A DNA stretch of 63,012 nt, taken from contig JAAEPH010000258.1 of assembly GCA_024232855.1 (NCBI GenBank), forward strand, positions 1 to 63,012, written 5' to 3'. Positions 60,501-63,012 of this stretch are shown one piece after another. The notes under the pieces were generated by a model. It was not told where the DNA came from. It did no database searches and saw only the letters and a program-made list of their open reading frames with translations. Position numbers and translations under genes: made by a program. The stretch comes from Gammaproteobacteria bacterium (GTDB lineage Bacteria > Pseudomonadota > Gammaproteobacteria > GCA-001735895). Positions within the stretch are counted from its first letter, which is position 1. Each line of letters opens with the position of its first letter.

Positions 60501-60647
60501 CACCACCGCCGCCATCGGCAGCACATAACCCATCCAGTCCTTGAGGCTGCCCTTGGGCGAATTCTGGACCGCGTGTTTAGCGCGTGGGAAAAGGTAAATG
60601 ACCATCGCCAGCATGAACAGCGCCGATCCAATTTTTAACCAGTCCAT
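60468..60647 (-). CDS. Small two-TM membrane protein (hypothetical)
   Basis: MDWLKIGSALFMLAMVIYLFPRAK....LKDWMGYVLPMAAVVLFIIVLIALV has two clear hydrophobic helices. However, it lies immediately downstream of a strong minus-strand terminator and overlaps the ispD 3' end by 33 nt. It is therefore uncertain whether it is expressed. Confidence 0.4.
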   Translation of the reverse strand: MDWLKIGSALFMLAMVIYLFPRAKHAVQNSPKGSLKDWMGYVLPMAAVVLFIIVLIALV

Positions 60648-60676
60648 CCTAACCTCGTAATTTTTAACAGGCAAAA

Positions 60677-60700
60677 ATAAGCCCCGTTTACGGGGCTTAT
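60677..60700. terminator. Bidirectional rho-independent terminator
   Basis: ATAAGCCCCG-TTTA-CGGGGCTTAT is a 10-bp perfect stem. An A5 run lies upstream (a T5 run on the minus strand) and CTGCTTTT lies downstream. It sits between the convergent ispD and yccA-like genes. Confidence 0.75.
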
Positions 60701-60723
60701 CTGCTTTTGATTAAGACAATCCT

Positions 60724-60889
60724 GGCCCGCATATCTCACCAGGATGGCGGGCCCTCGCTTGTTCTTTGAATCCACAAGGGATTTTCTTCAGCGGGTTACG
60801 CACTGTTATTCCGCTCCTTCAGAAAATCCCTTGTGAATCCAAAGCCCTGCGCGATCATCCCGCCCCCTGGTGAGCGATGCGGGCTAGTC
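60724..60889. repeat. ~165-bp imperfect palindrome whose ends are inverted copies (B, D) of the GCCCGCAT(CG/AT)CTCACCAGG motif
   Basis: Left end: GGCCCGCATATCTCACCAGG (60724-60743). Right end: CCTGGTGAGCGATGCGGGCT (60867-60886). Inner arms share CACAAGGGATTTTCT (60774-60788 versus its reverse complement at 60819-60833). By eye the arms align at roughly 75% over ~80 nt. The right end contains the stop codon (TAG) of the yccA-like gene. Confidence 0.8.
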
Positions 60890-61543
60890 GTCGCCGAAAG
60901 CACCAAGCAAGTGCAGCAATGCCTGGAACAGGTTTAGAATCGAGAGGAACAATCCCGCGGCAGCCATGATGTAGTTGGTTTGCCCATCGTGAATCATGCT
61001 CGAAGTTTCCCACAGGATGAAGGCGCTCATGATCATAACGATTGCCGCATTGATCGCCAGGAACATCGCCGGAATATCGAGGAAAATGTTCAGAATCGCG
61101 GCACCCAGCACGACCAGCATGCCGACCATGACAAAACCGCCGAGGAAGCTGAAGTCTTTGCGGGTTGTCAATGCGTACCCGGAAAGCCCCAGGAAAATAA
61201 CGCCGGTACCGCCCAGCGCCATCATGACGATACTGGGATTAACCGCGAGATAATAATTCAGCACGGGCCCGAGACCGAAACCGAGCAGGCCGGTAAACGC
61301 AAAGATAGTCGGGATACCGGCGGCCGAATTCGCGGTGCGCGGCAATACAAACCAGAGGATACCGATGGCGACCAGGTCCGCCACCAGTGCGGCGCCGTGG
61401 CCAATACTGGAAACGACGCCCAGAAAGGCGGTGAAACCACTGAAAATCAGCGTCATGGATAGCAATATATAGGTATTGCGTATGACTTTATTGGTTTGCA
61501 GAATCGCCTCTTGCGAGCGGGTTACAGCAGTGTTCATTTGCAT
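60884..61543 (-). CDS. BAX inhibitor-1 / YccA family membrane protein
   Basis: 219 aa with 7 hydrophobic segments. N-terminus ...NKVIRNTYILLSMTLIFSGFTAF and C-terminus LNLFQALLHLLGAFGDD, typical of the YccA/YbhL family. Confidence 0.88.
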   Translation of the reverse strand: MQMNTAVTRSQEAILQTNKVIRNTYILLSMTLIFSGFTAFLGVVSSIGHGAALVADLVAIGILWFVLPRTANSAAGIPTIFAFTGLLGFGLGPVLNYYLAVNPSIVMMALGGTGVIFLGLSGYALTTRKDFSFLGGFVMVGMLVVLGAAILNIFLDIPAMFLAINAAIVMIMSAFILWETSSMIHDGQTNYIMAAAGLFLSILNLFQALLHLLGAFGDD

Positions 61544-61797
61544 TTCTATCTCCGTTTTACATTTAGTCGAATAGACTGTTGGGCATCATTCTAAGTTCCC
61601 GCCCAACCGATATCAAGCAATTCCGCAGGCGTTTGCCAGACGGGGTCGCAATACAATCGATAAGTCACGAGATGCGGCCGATTCGAACGAATTCAAGTCT
61701 CAAAGATCGATATTTGGGGATGACTCGCCGACGTAAATGATTATAATACGCCAGCGTTTATTTGCGCGATTAGGCGCAAACAACACCGAGTACCGAA

Positions 61798-61885
61798 GGA
61801 GAGCTGGCTGAGTGGTCGAAAGCGGCGGTCTTGAAAACCGTTGACCCGAAAGGGTCCGGGGGTTCGAATCCCTCGCTCTCCGCCA
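61798..61885 (+). tRNA. tRNA-Ser (anticodon UGA), class II with long variable arm, CCA encoded
   Basis: I folded it by hand. Acceptor GGAGAGC/GCTCTCC. D-arm GCT..AGC. Anticodon stem GCGGT/ACCGT with loop CTTGAAA. Variable arm GACCC-GAAA-GGGTC. T-arm GGGGG-TTCGAAT-CCCTC. Discriminator G, then CCA. Confidence 0.93.
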
Positions 61886-61891
61886 TATATA

Positions 61892-61924
61892 AAGCCTAAG
61901 TCATTAAAATACTTAGGCTTTTTT
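61892..61924 (+). terminator. Rho-independent terminator after tRNA-Ser
   Basis: AAGCCTAAGT-(9-nt loop)-ACTTAGGCTT is a 10-bp perfect stem running into a T6 run. Confidence 0.8.
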
Positions 61925-62262
61925 ATTTAAGATAAGGTATGTCCCACCAATTATCCCACCAGTTAGATATTTGCTTCCCCCTATGGCATTGCTTTGCCCA
62001 AACATTCAGGATTGCCGCAAAGGTATCGTTGAGCTTGGGGAGCGAGGCTACTCCAAACTTTTTTAAAAAATTTTAGGGTAGGTATCGATTTCTAAGAACT
62101 TCAAAGGCATTTTTCAATTATTGCTATATAAGTTGATACCTGAGAATATTGTAAGAACAATTAGCAATATTTCGAGACATTCTTGCTAGTGATAGATATA
62201 TCTGTTTCGCAATTAGTCATCTAAATCACTATTCCTTTAAAGAAGGTCTTTTCTGAGGCTGA

Positions 62263-62330
62263 TTTTTCCCAATGCTGGCACTCTGAAGGTCAAGATTAAC
62301 GCATTTAGTCAACGCCAGTATTGGGAAAAA
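62263..62330. repeat. 17-nt inverted repeat (16/17) with 34-nt spacer in AT-rich non-coding DNA
   Basis: TTTTTCCCAATGCTGGC (62263-62279) versus GCCAGTATTGGGAAAAA (62314-62330). Confidence 0.6.
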
Positions 62331-62533
62331 TTAGCAACCCATCGAGGCCGTGGTATGAGGTTGTGGCAAAGTTGAAATCGAAGTCGAAAGAAGTGCGGAT
62401 AGCACCAGAAATACCCGTCGGATCATCCCGACGAATCGGAGTTTAATTGCCTTCCCTAAGCTATGGTAGTCCTATCATCATCTATTGATTATTCACCTCC
62501 TGCATTTCAGCTGTAGTTATCGATTCTTCGTTT

Positions 62534-63001
62534 TCATAGCAGTCCTCTTTCAGCAAACGAAATCACTTCTTCACCAACGATAAGATGATCGAGAACTCGA
62601 ACATCGATTAAAGCCAATGCATCCTTCAGCCGTTTTGTGATCCTCTCGTCAGCTACGCTCGGCTCTGCGACTCCGGACGGATGATTGTGCGTAAATATAA
62701 CAGCTGCTGCGTTATGGCTCAGGCAGGCTTTTACGACCTCCCTGGGGTATACGCTAGCACCATCAATGGTTCCCCTGAACAGCTTTTCAAAAGTAAGTAC
62801 ACGGTTCCTATTGTCAAGGAATAGGCAAGCGAATACTTCATGCTCATAAGTGGCTAACTGAAGTTTTACGTAATCTCGACTGGCTTGAGGACTGGTCAGT
62901 GATGGTGAGTCTGGATTGTACGATATACGAGATTCCAGGATTTTAAGTGCTGACTCAATAATGGCATCGTCGTTAGGTATAGCTATGTGATTTTTATTCA
63001 T
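62534..63001 (-). CDS. radC: RadC-like JAB/MPN domain protein (UPF0758)
   Basis: 155 aa. FLDNRNRVL......GT.....[58 protein letters not shown]. This short RadC form is typical of integrative elements and prophage-like islands. Confidence 0.88.
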   Translation of the reverse strand: MNKNHIAIPNDDAIIESALKILESRISYNPDSPSLTSPQASRDYVKLQLATYEHEVFACLFLDNRNRVLTFEKLFRGTIDGASVYPREVVKACLSHNAAAVIFTHNHPSGVAEPSVADERITKRLKDALALIDVRVLDHLIVGEEVISFAERGLL

Positions 63002-63012
63002 GATGATCTCCA

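Noticed and set aside
60500-60700. Absence of ispF downstream of ispD, considered as a possible anomaly.
   Set aside because: In the Pseudomonas-like synteny that this region follows (pyrG-kdsA-eno-ftsB-ispD), ispF is encoded elsewhere. Its absence here is expected.
61714-61747. A possible sigma70 promoter for tRNA-Ser (TATAAT at 61742-61747).
   Set aside because: The -10 hexamer is perfect, but I could not find a convincing -35 at 16-18-bp spacing. The hexamer also lies ~50 nt before the mature 5' end. This is too weak to annotate.
62331-62426. A 31-codon hydrophobic ORF on the minus strand (MIRRVFLVLSALLSTSISTLPQPHTTASMGC), considered as a possible type I toxin downstream of radC.
   Set aside because: It has no Shine-Dalgarno sequence and no recognisable toxin family. 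An ORF of this length is expected by chance. I note it only as a low-probability candidate.

Overview
This 63-kb window looks like a gammaproteobacterial chromosome. Gene order resembles Pseudomonas or Oceanospirillales, and GC is about 55-60% by eye (not computed). Most of it is a housekeeping backbone:
- suhB / trmJ / isc-hsc-fdx-iscX
- lpxB, rnhB-dnaE
- mtaD-ubiG-gph
- gyrA-pheA-hisC-tyrA-aroA-cmk-rpsA-ihfB-lapB-pyrF
- accA-tilS-cmoA-cmoB
- pyrG-kdsA-eno-ftsB-ispD
- a YccA/BI-1-like gene and tRNA-Ser(UGA)

Several accessory or anomalous segments interrupt this backbone:
1. An intact IS1182-like insertion sequence with 18-bp perfect inverted repeats and a 6-bp target duplication, upstream of lexA.
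2. A CpxP/ZraP-like periplasmic protein plus an OmpR-type two-component system, wedged between trmJ and iscR. It is preceded by a GTTAC-N5 triple direct repeat and followed by a ~185-bp two-tier palindrome.
3. An isc operon with no iscU. Its IscR lacks 3 of the 4 canonical [2Fe-2S] ligands.
4. An AT-rich ~5-kb island carrying a complete RpfF/RpfC/RpfG (DSF-type) signalling cluster, with a perfect TGTGA-N6-TCACA box upstream.
5. A TRAP transporter with oversized membrane subunits.
6. gnnA/gnnB-like genes fused into an operon with lpxB.
7. A two-gene exosortase module between dnaE and a decayed SDR gene. It pairs a minimal 181-aa exosortase with a ~950-aa polytopic VIT-like protein ending in a SEP-TM-RRIRA sorting signal. 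I rank this the most interesting system in the window.
8. Two genes reduced to internal-deletion remnants.
9. Three unrelated 165-205-bp imperfect palindromes.
10. A 17-21-nt motif (TAGCCCGCATCGCTCAC) that recurs directly at stop codons of unrelated genes.
11. A probable genomic-island boundary: tRNA-Ser, then an AT-rich spacer, then a RadC/JAB gene at the window edge.

I saw no rRNA genes and no CRISPR array. All homology calls come from reading the translated ORFs against remembered family motifs. No searches were run.
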